This document shows, in pieces, positions 29,034 to 38,603 of a DNA stretch of 64,000 nucleotides. Each line of letters begins with the position of its first letter. The first letter of the stretch is position 1. A program made the position numbers and the translations under genes. The DNA lies in assembly GCA_963827235.1 (NCBI GenBank), contig CAWHAE010000016.1:32001-96000 (forward strand), written 5' to 3'. Below the pieces are notes generated by a model that was not told where the DNA came from, did no database searches, and worked only from the letters and a program-made list of their open reading frames with translations. The stretch is from an uncultured bacterium. Its GTDB lineage: Bacteria; Chloroflexota; UBA5177; JANWHV01.

Positions 29034-30326
29034 TCACTCGGAGAGCTGGCCTCGCGCGGCGCCCTTTAGAAAGTCAGGCGACGTATGCACGTTGACATAG
29101 AAGCTGCTCGGCTGCTGCAAGATCATGGCAGTCAGACTGCCGGAGATCACCATGCAGCCGTTGGAGGCGCCGAGAGTCGGGGCCATGAACTGAACGACCA
29201 CGCTACCCGACTGATGCGCAGCTCCCTGGTGGATGTGCGCCATCATCGGCGTGCCCGGCAGCCCTCCCACGGCAATCGAGTAGCACAGGCGGTGCGTGCG
29301 CGCGTCGAGCAGCAGCTCGGCCGTGCCGCCGCCGGCAGCTGCACCCGGGCCCGGCACCTCGTTGGCGCCCTTCAGCTGAGCGTAAAGGGCGATGTCGTCG
29401 CCGTCGGTCGGCGAAGCCAGGAAGCCCACGGTGTTGCCTGCCACGTCGGTGAAAAAGCCGACGAACCGGCCGCTATCGTTGATCCCGTTGATCACCGTCG
29501 ATGTTGAGCCGGGCACGTCGATACTTTCGAACTTGCCTTTCTGATAGAGGAAGCCGTGGGTATTTCCGGCGGCATCGTTATAGGTGCCGACGATCTGGCC
29601 GTGGTTGTTCTCGCCGAACGGCTGCGTGAACGTCGATCCGGGATAGTCCAGAGTGGACTCATGCCCGTTCTGCCAGAGGAACCCATTGGACGTGGTGGAG
29701 ATCGGCTGCGTGAAGCCGATGACGGCTCCGGAGTCGTCGATCCCGGTGGCGGTGCTGTTGGCTATTGGCAGGACCAAGAACGAGCCATCAGACTCGTACA
29801 CGTAGGCATGCGACGTCCCGCCGGCGTCCTGGTAGAAGCCGGCCGCCTGGCCGCGGTTGTTCAGGCCAAGAATCTGGTTGAAGGTCGTGCCGGGCAGATC
29901 GACGGTGCTGAACATCCCACCGGCATTGACGAAGCCGTGTGTCGCCTTGGCCCTATCGACATAGAATCCTGCCGTCGCGCCCTGATTGTTGATTGCGATG
30001 ACCTGCGTTTGGGTGGAGTCCGGGTAGTTTTCATCGGCGAATCTGCTTGGCGGATTGAGCGTGAAGCCCTTGTTCGGATGAAGGGTGCCGTTGACGGCCT
30101 CTCCGCTGCCGAAGTATCCGGCGATGGCCAGGCGCTGATTAATGCCAAGCAACTGCGTGAAGGTCGTGTCCTCCGGGCTGGCGACGAGCAAGAAGCTGTA
30201 CTTGGCGGGCGCCATGCCTGCCTGCTGCCCTTCGTGCGCAGCCACGCTGCCAGCCTGGCCGGCAAGAATGCCGGCCGCGAGGGCGAGCGCGCCCAGCGGC
30301 GTTCCAATTGAGCCGAGGTTGAACAT
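29034..30326 (-). CDS. Secreted HAF-like repeat beta-propeller with C-terminal CHRD domain
   Basis: Signal peptide; repeats GIN..G..VG.Y.D..G..HGF; CHRD motifs L.GANEVPG, AHIHQG, YVNVHT, RGQL. Confidence 0.82.
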   Translation of the reverse strand: MFNLGSIGTPLGALALAAGILAGQAGSVAAHEGQQAGMAPAKYSFLLVASPEDTTFTQLLGINQRLAIAGYFGSGEAVNGTLHPNKGFTLNPPSRFADENYPDSTQTQVIAINNQGATAGFYVDRAKATHGFVNAGGMFSTVDLPGTTFNQILGLNNRGQAAGFYQDAGGTSHAYVYESDGSFLVLPIANSTATGIDDSGAVIGFTQPISTTSNGFLWQNGHESTLDYPGSTFTQPFGENNHGQIVGTYNDAAGNTHGFLYQKGKFESIDVPGSTSTVINGINDSGRFVGFFTDVAGNTVGFLASPTDGDDIALYAQLKGANEVPGPGAAAGGGTAELLLDARTHRLCYSIAVGGLPGTPMMAHIHQGAAHQSGSVVVQFMAPTLGASNGCMVISGSLTAMILQQPSSFYVNVHTSPDFLKGAARGQLSE

Positions 30327-30671
30327 CTGTCTGTGACTCCCTTGCCCTGTTGGGCTCTGTCCCCGCAACTTTGCTCCGGGGTTACGTGTGACAGGCCGCG
30401 CGACCTGTCATGTTTCCAAGTATGGATGCGCCCGCCACGATACTCCACGCACAGCACCCTGACAACACCCGTACAATGTCCAAGTCACGTGAGTTCGCAG
30501 CACTACACGGTCCCGGCGTTCCGACCTGAGCCGGGACCGTGTCTATGTTGGATCCCGCTGTCGATCTATCCTTTCTGGGATGGATCACATGAGGATCGCC
30601 GCGCGGCAGGCCCTCTGTGAGCAGGCCTGCGGACGCGGGGTCCTGCCGATCTCAGACTCGGGAGGGAAGTG

Positions 30672-31820
30672 ATGGCGGCACGCGACATCGTGGCGGCGAG
30701 TGGACCACGGAAGCTTCTGGCAATCGACGGCGGAGGGATTCGCGGCGTCCTGAGCGTCGAAGTGCTCATGGAAATCGAGAAGGTCGCGCGCCGGGCCTAC
30801 GGCAAGTCCGATCTTGTACTCTCGGACTGCTTCGACTACTTTGCCGGGACGAGCACGGGAGCGATCATCGCAACGGCCCTGGCAATCGGTATGCCCGTGG
30901 ACGAGATCCGCAGCCTGTACGAGGAGAGCGGGCCGCTGATGTTCAGCCCGGCTCGTATTCGGGACCGGCTGCGCTTTCAGTACGACGACGAACCGCTGGC
31001 TGCCATCCTCAAGCGCAGGCTGGGTGCGGAGACCACACTGGGCAGCGACAACGTGCGCACGCTGCTGCTGCTCATGCTGCGCGACGCCACAACCGACTCG
31101 CCCTGGCCGGTGTCGAACAACCCCGCGGCCAGGTTCAACGACCCCAGCGTGCCGTCATGCAACCTCCGATTCCCCCTGTGGCAGCTTGTCCGCGCCAGCA
31201 CCGCTGCACCGCTCTTCTTCCCGCCGGAGCAGATCACCGTGGACGGGCACGACCACGTTTTCGTGGACGGCAGCCTTACTCCATACGCGAATCCCGCCTT
31301 CCAACTATTCCTCATGGCAACGGTCGACGCCTACCGGCTGAGCTGGCCGTGCGGCGAGGATGAGATGCTTCTCGTCTCAGTGGGCACCGGCATGCCGTCG
31401 CGAGCCGAGCCGGATCTCGTGCCAGAACACATGACGCTGCTCTACCACGCGACGAGCGTGCCTCAGGCCATGCTCGCGGCCACCATCGTGCAGCAGGACA
31501 TGCTGTGCAGGGTGTTTGGCCGCTGCAAAGCCGGCTACCCGATTGACGCCGAGATCGACGATCTGGCTCGCAGCCGTGGACCAGTCGAGCCCAAGCTGTT
31601 TACGTACCTGCGGTACGACATCGAGATGTCACGCGAGATACTGGACAGCTTCGGCCTGCACCACGTACGGGATCTGGAGCGACTGCGTCATCCCAACGCG
31701 GTGCACGCAATTGCCGACCTGCAAGCAATCGGGAAGGCACTGGCTAGCACGGTGGTCCCCGAGCACTTCGCCGGTTTCTTTCCAGACTGCACGCGGGTAG
31801 CGTCGACTTGTATACCATAG
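30672..31820 (+). CDS. Patatin-like phospholipase
   Basis: DGGGIRG, GTSTG, ASTAAP, DGS (DGG variant), SVGTG. Confidence 0.9.
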   Translation: MAARDIVAASGPRKLLAIDGGGIRGVLSVEVLMEIEKVARRAYGKSDLVLSDCFDYFAGTSTGAIIATALAIGMPVDEIRSLYEESGPLMFSPARIRDRLRFQYDDEPLAAILKRRLGAETTLGSDNVRTLLLLMLRDATTDSPWPVSNNPAARFNDPSVPSCNLRFPLWQLVRASTAAPLFFPPEQITVDGHDHVFVDGSLTPYANPAFQLFLMATVDAYRLSWPCGEDEMLLVSVGTGMPSRAEPDLVPEHMTLLYHATSVPQAMLAATIVQQDMLCRVFGRCKAGYPIDAEIDDLARSRGPVEPKLFTYLRYDIEMSREILDSFGLHHVRDLERLRHPNAVHAIADLQAIGKALASTVVPEHFAGFFPDCTRVASTCIP

Positions 31821-31883
31821 CAGGGTATGGTACGCTGAGGTACACCCGATCACCGATACTCCACTGAACGCGAGGGTCAACCA

Positions 31884-32246
31884 ATGAGTGAACACGTTAT
31901 CTCCACCGACGACCAGGGATTCGAGAAGGCCGTGCTGCAGTCGACCTTGCCGGTGCTCGTCGACTTCTGGGCACCGTGGTGCGGGCCGTGCCGAATGGTA
32001 GGTCCGATCGTCGAGCAGCTTGCAGGCGAGTATGCGGACCGCCTTCGCACCGTCAAGGTCAACGTCGACGATAGCCCCCAGGTCGCCATGCAGTATGGCA
32101 TCCAGGGCATCCCGACAATCGCGGTGTTCCAGAAGGGCAAGGAAGTCAAGCGACTGGTCGGCGCGCGGCCGCGCGCCGAGCTGGTGCGCGTGGTAGACCA
32201 GGTGCTGGCTGCCGAGGCGCCCAGCGCGGTTCGTGCTGAATCGTAG
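31884..32246 (+). CDS. trxA: Thioredoxin
   Basis: VDFWAPWCGPC, GIPT. Confidence 0.96.
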   Translation: MSEHVISTDDQGFEKAVLQSTLPVLVDFWAPWCGPCRMVGPIVEQLAGEYADRLRTVKVNVDDSPQVAMQYGIQGIPTIAVFQKGKEVKRLVGARPRAELVRVVDQVLAAEAPSAVRAES

Positions 32247-32266
32247 ACGGGTACTGCACGTCCCAT

Positions 32267-32311
32267 GCAGTGCCGTCCGGCGTGTATGCCGGACGGCACT
32301 GCTGCTTTTCT
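32267..32311 (+). terminator. Intrinsic terminator after trxA
   Basis: 15-bp perfect stem GCAGTGCCGTCCGGC/GCCGGACGGCACTGC followed by TGCTTTTCT. Confidence 0.75.
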
Positions 32312-32341
32312 GCTGGCCTCGCCTGGAGAGTAACTAGCCTC

Positions 32342-33193
32342 CTACGCCGAGCCCTGCTTCGCCATTTCCATCACCTGCTCGGGCGGTATCACCGGGTCGT
32401 CCGGTAGAGCGACCCGCTGCGATACCGGGTAGAGCCCGTCGACCTGGCCCGCGACGGCGTTGGCAAGATCGATGATTGCCGGCAGCATGGCCGAAGCCGG
32501 CGCCGGGCGGGAGTGGTGCAGCGTTATGGCATCGGCAAGATCGCGCGGCAGCGCCCAGAGCGCCGCCAGGTCGCGGCCAACCGCCGCGTGGTCGGTGCCC
32601 ACACCACGTTGCTCGAGGATCACGATAGGCGCTTCCAGTTGCTCAGCGAGCTCCGTAAACGGTCGTGTCGTGGGCGCGCCCGGGCTGCTCTGCTGCGTCA
32701 CCGCATTGATGATCACCTTGCCGATATCGTGGAGCAGGCCAGCGCTGTATGCCATAGCTGCGTCCGCGTAGCGCACCTCTTTTGCGATGGACATCGAGAG
32801 CGTTGCTACCAGCTCGCTGTGGCGCATAAACGCGCCGGAGGCCAGGCCATAGAGGCGCAGCTCTTTCTGGCCCGCACTTGCTACTCCCCAGGTCAGCACG
32901 ATCAGGCGGGCCTGCGCAGTACCGATCAGACGCAGGGCTTCGCCAATGTTGCCGACCCGCCCCCGTACGCCGAAAACTGGTGAGTTGGCCATGCGCAGGA
33001 TGGCGGCTGCAATACCTACGTCACGCGCGGCAACATCCGCGATCTTGCGTAGCGATGCGTCCGCGTCATCGAGCAGTGCCAACAGCTGGACGGCCGTCGC
33101 CGGCAGGGGCGCCAGAGATTGCAGCATCTTCTTGGTAATCTGAAACGGCACCGCGGCGTCCGGCTGCCCTTCGGGGGCTGTTCGGTGTGTCAT
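32342..33193 (-). CDS. HDOD domain protein
   Basis: LAPLP, ILRMANSP, AGLLHDIGK, DHAAVG..LA..W.LP...AI..HH. Confidence 0.9.
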   Translation of the reverse strand: MTHRTAPEGQPDAAVPFQITKKMLQSLAPLPATAVQLLALLDDADASLRKIADVAARDVGIAAAILRMANSPVFGVRGRVGNIGEALRLIGTAQARLIVLTWGVASAGQKELRLYGLASGAFMRHSELVATLSMSIAKEVRYADAAMAYSAGLLHDIGKVIINAVTQQSSPGAPTTRPFTELAEQLEAPIVILEQRGVGTDHAAVGRDLAALWALPRDLADAITLHHSRPAPASAMLPAIIDLANAVAGQVDGLYPVSQRVALPDDPVIPPEQVMEMAKQGSA

Positions 33194-33342
33194 CAGGGCC
33201 CTCCATGTAGTCCATAGTAGTCCTGCAATACATATCGGCATATTCCCCGAAAAGTGGAGCGCCGAGGTCTGGTGATTTTCCCGATTCTGCCGATTAGACT
33301 TAGAGAGCGCATGAGCGCATGAGCGCGGGAGGAGTTACACCT

Positions 33343-33987
33343 ATGGAAGAAGCTGCTGGAGGGCCAATTCCCGTCCTTCCTCCATCGTTAGCCGCGGTGT
33401 TCATGGAGGCTCTCGCCTACGCAGGCGCTCAGCTCGCCGGACTCGTCGAGCGAGATATCCAGTTCCGTGGCTCGCACGCGGCATACGTGCGCCTCGAAGA
33501 GCTAGTGGAAAGCTACGACTCGGGATCGGACGACCCGGTCACGGCGGCGTACATAGCATTTGCGGGCGGCATAGACGGGCACGTTCTCCTCTGCATGACG
33601 CCCGAGGCGTCGGAATCGCTCTCACGAAGCTTGCTCATGTGCGACGACCTGGACGCGCCGCAGATGCGGTATCTTGCCGACTCCATGATTGGCGAGATCG
33701 CAAACGTGGCTGCATCGGCCTTCCTCAACGCCGTCGCCGACAGCGCTGGGCTGATGGTTCTTCCCACCGCGCCGTGCGTGATGCACGACATGCTGGGCGC
33801 CGTGTTGCAGACCATCGTCGTCGAGATCGCTCAGACGCAGTTATTCGGAATCACCATCGAGACGCAGATCCTGGTAGACGGCGACGTGCTGGGCGGTACG
33901 CTGGTCCTCCTTCCCAGTGTAGACTCGTGCAGCCGGCTCGAGCAGATACTCTCGACACGTCCCACAGCGCCGCACGCTTCCGGCTAG
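33343..33987 (+). CDS. cheC: CheC family chemotaxis phosphatase
   Basis: SMIGEIANVAASAFLNAVAD...PTAP...DMLGAVL; GGAGGAG RBS. Confidence 0.8.
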   Translation: MEEAAGGPIPVLPPSLAAVFMEALAYAGAQLAGLVERDIQFRGSHAAYVRLEELVESYDSGSDDPVTAAYIAFAGGIDGHVLLCMTPEASESLSRSLLMCDDLDAPQMRYLADSMIGEIANVAASAFLNAVADSAGLMVLPTAPCVMHDMLGAVLQTIVVEIAQTQLFGITIETQILVDGDVLGGTLVLLPSVDSCSRLEQILSTRPTAPHASG

Positions 33988-34410
33988 CCGGCCGGTTCTC
34001 ATGCCGGCGTCCAGCCTCCATGGGGGCTGGCGATAGCTGCCGCGCCTCTCCCGCGGTCCCGGCGGGGAGGGGTGCCGCTTGGACGTAGCTCATCGCGGCT
34101 AACACCCGGCGCGGTGGGGCTGTGCCCTGCGCTCCTGCCGCGATGGCGGCGAGCGCTCTTCCAGGGCTGCAAGGGCGTTCCGGCAGCCGGAGCGGCTTCC
34201 CGGGTTGCCGCGGTGGACGGGCTGCCGGTTCAGCACCGGCGAGTACGGTCCGCGGCCTGCGGTCCTACTGCTCGCAGAAGGCCGATCTGCAGACGAAGCG
34301 CGCTAAGGCGTACTACACTGATAGAATTGCAGTCATCGAATTCGACATGTGCCGGCACATTGCCGGCGCGAACGTCGACGGGACGGTCATGGTTGACGGG
34401 AGTATTCCAC

Positions 34411-35337
34411 GTGACGCCACGAGGATGGGCGTTGTTTGCCGCGCTGTCCGTATTCTGGGGGATCCCCTACTTCTTCATCAAGATCGCGGTGAAGGACATC
34501 GATCCGTCGGTCGTCGTCTTCTCAAGAGTCGGCATCGCTGCCTTGGTCCTTCTGCCGCTGGCCTGGCGCCGCGGCGCACTGCAGGCGGTGGCGGGCCGCG
34601 CCGGTCCGGTCGGCCTGCTTGCCCTCGTCCAGATAGCGGTGCCCTTCTTATTGATCAGTTATGGCGAACAGCACGTCGCATCGTCCATGACGAGCCTAAT
34701 CGTCGCCTCGGAGCCACTGGTCGTGGCCCTGCTCGCCCTTCGCTTCGACCACAATGAGCGCGTCGACGGACCCCGCTTCGCCGGGCTTGTCGTGGGCGCG
34801 GCGGGCGTAGCAGTGCTCGTCGGACTGGACACTAGCGGAGACGGGCTGCGCCTGGTAGGAGCGCTTTGCGTGCTGGTCGCAACCACCTGCTACGCGGCAA
34901 GCGCGCTGATGATGCGGTCGCCGGCCTACTCACGCCTCCCCAGCCTCGGCGTGGTCGCCATCGAATGCGGCATGACGACCGTCCTGTTCGCGCCGCTTGT
35001 CGCGGCACGCTTGCCGTCACATCTGCCCGGCTGGAACGTCTTTGCCAGCCTGATCGCCCTTGGCCTGGTTTGCACCGCCCTGGCAGAGCTCACCTACTTT
35101 GCTCTGGTCGCCGAGGTAGGAGCAAGCCGTGGCATCGTGTTCACCTACGTCAACCCGGTGGTATCCGTGCTGCTGGGAGTGGCGTTTCTCGCCGAGCCTC
35201 TCACGATCTCGATCCTCTGCGGCTTCGTACTGATACTCGCAGGATCCTATTTCTCCACCGGCGGCAGGCTGCCCCGCCTGCTCCAGCGCAAGGACACGAT
35301 AGCGGCGGCCTCGGAATGGCGCGACGGGTGCGCATGA
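34411..35337 (+). CDS. DMT/EamA family transporter
   Basis: FWGIPYFFIKIAV, ten TM segments, TYVNPVVSVLLGVAFLAEP. Confidence 0.9.
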   Translation: MTPRGWALFAALSVFWGIPYFFIKIAVKDIDPSVVVFSRVGIAALVLLPLAWRRGALQAVAGRAGPVGLLALVQIAVPFLLISYGEQHVASSMTSLIVASEPLVVALLALRFDHNERVDGPRFAGLVVGAAGVAVLVGLDTSGDGLRLVGALCVLVATTCYAASALMMRSPAYSRLPSLGVVAIECGMTTVLFAPLVAARLPSHLPGWNVFASLIALGLVCTALAELTYFALVAEVGASRGIVFTYVNPVVSVLLGVAFLAEPLTISILCGFVLILAGSYFSTGGRLPRLLQRKDTIAAASEWRDGCA

Positions 35338-35409
35338 GCGGCAAGCCTGGGCGCGGCGCCGCGAGTCCGAAGCATACCGTGTGCCCTACGAGCCATCGCA
35401 GGCCTCTGC

Positions 35410-36750
35410 TCACCGATCGCGGTAGAGATCGTCTCGGGTCGGCGGCAGCTCGCACCTACCTCGGGCGCCGGAGCTAGACAGTAGGAGCTGTACGAGACCG
35501 AGATCGCCGGCGCTGAAGCCGTGCGCCGCCCCCGACATGTAAAGACGCCACACCCGATAGGTCGGCTCGCCTACCAACCGCGCTGCTTCGACGTGCCGCT
35601 CCTCCAGGCGCTTCACCCAGTGCCTGAGCGTACGCTCATAGTGCTCGCGCAGGTTCTCGAGATCGCGAACCTCCCAACCCGCACCGGCAGCGGCTCGCGC
35701 GAGCTCCCACGAATGCAGTAGCTCGCCGTCCGGAAACACGTAGCGCTGGATAAACCGGCCTTCTCCGCGCGCGGACGACGCGACCCGGCTGAGCGGGTTT
35801 CCGCTCCCCGCGGCACCTTGCTCCACGATGCCATGAGCCAGAAAGAGGCCGCCTGCCCGGACGGCCCGGCGAGCGACGGCGAAGTAGCGGTGCATGTTCG
35901 CGCGTCCAACGTGTTCGAGCATGCCGATGCTGACAACCTTGTCGAACACCGCCCCCTTGGCGAGGTCCCGGTAGTCGCGCACCTCGATCGTCGCCCTGTC
36001 AGAAAGTCCGGCAGCGGCCACGCGTTCGCGCGCCAGGCCGGCCTGCTCCCGGCTAAGGGTGATACCGGTGGCTCGCACGCCATACCGCTCCGCGGCATAC
36101 AGCACGAGTCCGCCCCAGCCGCAGCCGATGTCGAGCAGGGTCTCGCCCGGCTTCAAGCGCAGCTTCCTGCAGATATAGTCCAGCTTCGCCTCCTGAGCCT
36201 CGTCGACGTCCTCGTTCCCTGTCGGAAAGTAGGCACAGGAGTAGACAAGTCGCTGGTCCAGCCATAGCGCGTAGAAGTCGTTGCCCACGTCGTAGTGCGA
36301 GCGCACGCTCGTGGCATCCCGTTTGCGCGAATGGCGGCGTGCTAAGCCACGGCGGGCCTGCGACGTTCTCCCGTCCATCGACTCGCGCACCGGGCCTTGC
36401 GGCAGCTGCCTGGCCAGTGACAGGATTCGTGCCAGACGCAGTGGCGAGCGAATGGACCCTGAAAGCGACTGCGCGAGAGCCATGACCGCCTCCATGTCGC
36501 CTTCGACGTCGAAGTCGTCGCGCAGATACGCTTCAGCGGCGGCGATCTCGGTCGGAGGCAGGAGCATGCTCCGCAGGGCCCACGGCCCTTGCAGCACAAT
36601 CACGCACGATGGCGCGGGCGAAGGATCCTGGGGCTCGACGGAGCCATCCCAGTAGCGGACCTGGAAGCCGCGGTCCGCCGGGGCCCCGAACAGCATCGTC
36701 ATGATCTGCCTCGACCGTTCGATATCCATCGGGTCTCGACCAGGTTCCAT
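35410..36750 (-). CDS. cfa: Cyclopropane-fatty-acyl-phospholipid synthase family methyltransferase
   Basis: HYDVGNDFY, YSCAYF, LLDIGCGWGG, SIGMLEHVG, FIQRYVFPDG. Confidence 0.92.
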   Translation of the reverse strand: MEPGRDPMDIERSRQIMTMLFGAPADRGFQVRYWDGSVEPQDPSPAPSCVIVLQGPWALRSMLLPPTEIAAAEAYLRDDFDVEGDMEAVMALAQSLSGSIRSPLRLARILSLARQLPQGPVRESMDGRTSQARRGLARRHSRKRDATSVRSHYDVGNDFYALWLDQRLVYSCAYFPTGNEDVDEAQEAKLDYICRKLRLKPGETLLDIGCGWGGLVLYAAERYGVRATGITLSREQAGLARERVAAAGLSDRATIEVRDYRDLAKGAVFDKVVSIGMLEHVGRANMHRYFAVARRAVRAGGLFLAHGIVEQGAAGSGNPLSRVASSARGEGRFIQRYVFPDGELLHSWELARAAAGAGWEVRDLENLREHYERTLRHWVKRLEERHVEAARLVGEPTYRVWRLYMSGAAHGFSAGDLGLVQLLLSSSGARGRCELPPTRDDLYRDR

Positions 36751-36898
36751 CTCTCCCTCCCAATCCTGCCGCGACCATTGCCACGCTCACCATAGCAACC
36801 GCCCGACGAGCCAGATACCGCGGGCAACGTCGATACGGCCACGGATCAGCCGGCGCACCGGCCGGCAACCAGGCTTCAGGGCAGCCGCGGCAGCCGGG

Positions 36899-38563
36899 TT
36901 AGCCCTGAAGCTCCACGTCGCGAAATTCCATAGTCACGAACCAGTCGTCGATATCCTGGAGCATAACCGCTGAGGCCTGGCGGGCCACCGCGTGCATAGT
37001 CGGCAGGTCGGGAGCGCTATCCATCCGCTGCTGGAGGCTCCTCAAGTAGCGGGCCATTCTCCCGCTACGTTGCGCGTTTCTGCGGTGCTCGCGCTGGGCG
37101 CCAATGGCACCCAGTGCGCTCGCCGTGGCCGGCAGGGCGACCGACATGTAGACGACCACCGTCGTCCAGGGCGGCGGCTCACCCGTGGTATCGGCCGTGA
37201 TGCCAAAGGCATTCAAGCCGGCAATAACCAGCGTTGAGAAGAAGATGATCACCGACGTGTTTGAGATGAGCCTGTTGTTCCACTCGTGGCGCCGGCTCTT
37301 CTTGAGCTGGTAGGACGCCTGATCGCCGATCCAAGCCCCGGCCAGGATGTGCCGCAGGCGGTCGAGCGGCATCGACGGATCGGGCGCCGGCCGGTGGCTC
37401 CAGATCTCGTCGTACGCTCGCTCGAGCCAGGTTTCCGATGACTGGTGAAGGTCCACGTGCTCGGTCTCGCGCTCGCCCTGCCGGTCGAGGCTGACCAGGG
37501 CAAGAAACATGGCCGAGCGCAGCCGCTCGGCCAGAATGCGGTGGTAGATCCAGCCGCGGTGATACGAATGCCGCCTGACCAGGTAGAGAACGATCAACAC
37601 GAGCAGCATGGCAGCGGACTCAATGAGGGGAAGCGGCCTCAGACGGTCGAACAGGCGCACGTTCACGAGCCAGGGCACACTGTGCGCGAGCTCCGCGCCG
37701 GCGGAGGCGATGACGGCCAGGGCGGTGAGGATCACTATGCCGTCGCTGAGCCTGAAGAACCGCCGTTGGTAGCGCACCGCGAGCATGTCGGCACGCACGA
37801 AATGCGGGGCCAGCCAGTCGCAGAACGGCGCTACCAGGCGGCCGGGTATGCCACTCTCGGCGGCCTGTCGCAGGACCAGAGCCGAGTAGTCGGCGACGCT
37901 CTGACGAAACCTCTCCGCGGGCAGGGCCGCGCCGTTGTACCGATCGAGATCCTGGAATGCCGCGGCGTCCAGGCCGTCGCCAAGCTCTTCGGTCAGCTCG
38001 AGCGGCGGCGCGGTGTGCACCCAGAGCAGAGGAACGCGCCGGTCACGCGCCCAGTCGACGACGTCTGCCGTGCCTCCCTGTCCGCGCGCCGGCTGCCCGT
38101 CCCATAGCGCAACCAGGATGTCGCAGCGCTCGACCACGAAACGCCCGGCCTGTTCGTACGACTCGTCGCGCGTCTCTGCGGCAGGCAGCTCGACCACACG
38201 GATGGCGCGGGCCAGGAGAGCGTCGAACTGGTCGCGCGAGGAGGCGGTGCCGAAATCGGTCCTGTAGTCGTCCGCCGGTAAGGGCAGTATCGCCTCGAGC
38301 TGCGCGGCAGGATCCTCGAGCACGGCCTCGGCAAGCAGGCGGTCGGCGCCCTCGGCGAGGCTCGAAACGATGGAGAAGCAGATCGGCGAGCTGCTGATCG
38401 CCGCTGCCAACTCTCGGGCTCGGTGCAGCGAAGCCGACACCAGGTCGGAGACAGCCCGATCATCGGCAAGATTGCGGTGGCCGGTAACGCCTATGCGCAG
38501 CCTGAACGGCACGATCCCGCTGTCGTCCTGCACCACTTCTCCCGACTTCTGGTCGAGTGCCAT
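36899..38563 (-). CDS. SLOG-superfamily (YpsA-like) nucleotide-binding domain fused to tandem SLATT/DUF4231-type 2TM modules
   Basis: IGVTGHR, SSLAEGAD, Y..AG..VV..CD.L.A.WDG, GGTA.VV; then AD..A...Q + 2TM + W...R..AE.LR, and WI..Q..Y + 2TM + C-terminal W. Confidence 0.75.
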   Translation of the reverse strand: MALDQKSGEVVQDDSGIVPFRLRIGVTGHRNLADDRAVSDLVSASLHRARELAAAISSSPICFSIVSSLAEGADRLLAEAVLEDPAAQLEAILPLPADDYRTDFGTASSRDQFDALLARAIRVVELPAAETRDESYEQAGRFVVERCDILVALWDGQPARGQGGTADVVDWARDRRVPLLWVHTAPPLELTEELGDGLDAAAFQDLDRYNGAALPAERFRQSVADYSALVLRQAAESGIPGRLVAPFCDWLAPHFVRADMLAVRYQRRFFRLSDGIVILTALAVIASAGAELAHSVPWLVNVRLFDRLRPLPLIESAAMLLVLIVLYLVRRHSYHRGWIYHRILAERLRSAMFLALVSLDRQGERETEHVDLHQSSETWLERAYDEIWSHRPAPDPSMPLDRLRHILAGAWIGDQASYQLKKSRRHEWNNRLISNTSVIIFFSTLVIAGLNAFGITADTTGEPPPWTTVVVYMSVALPATASALGAIGAQREHRRNAQRSGRMARYLRSLQQRMDSAPDLPTMHAVARQASAVMLQDIDDWFVTMEFRDVELQG

Positions 38564-38603
38564 GATCCGGCACCTGGTCTGCTTCCGGCGCGAACGCGGC
38601 CGG

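Noticed and set aside
35410-36750. cfa as a third gene of the TIR/SLOG system
   Set aside because: 148-bp gap, its own RBS and an ordinary lipid-modifying function; no evidence beyond co-orientation
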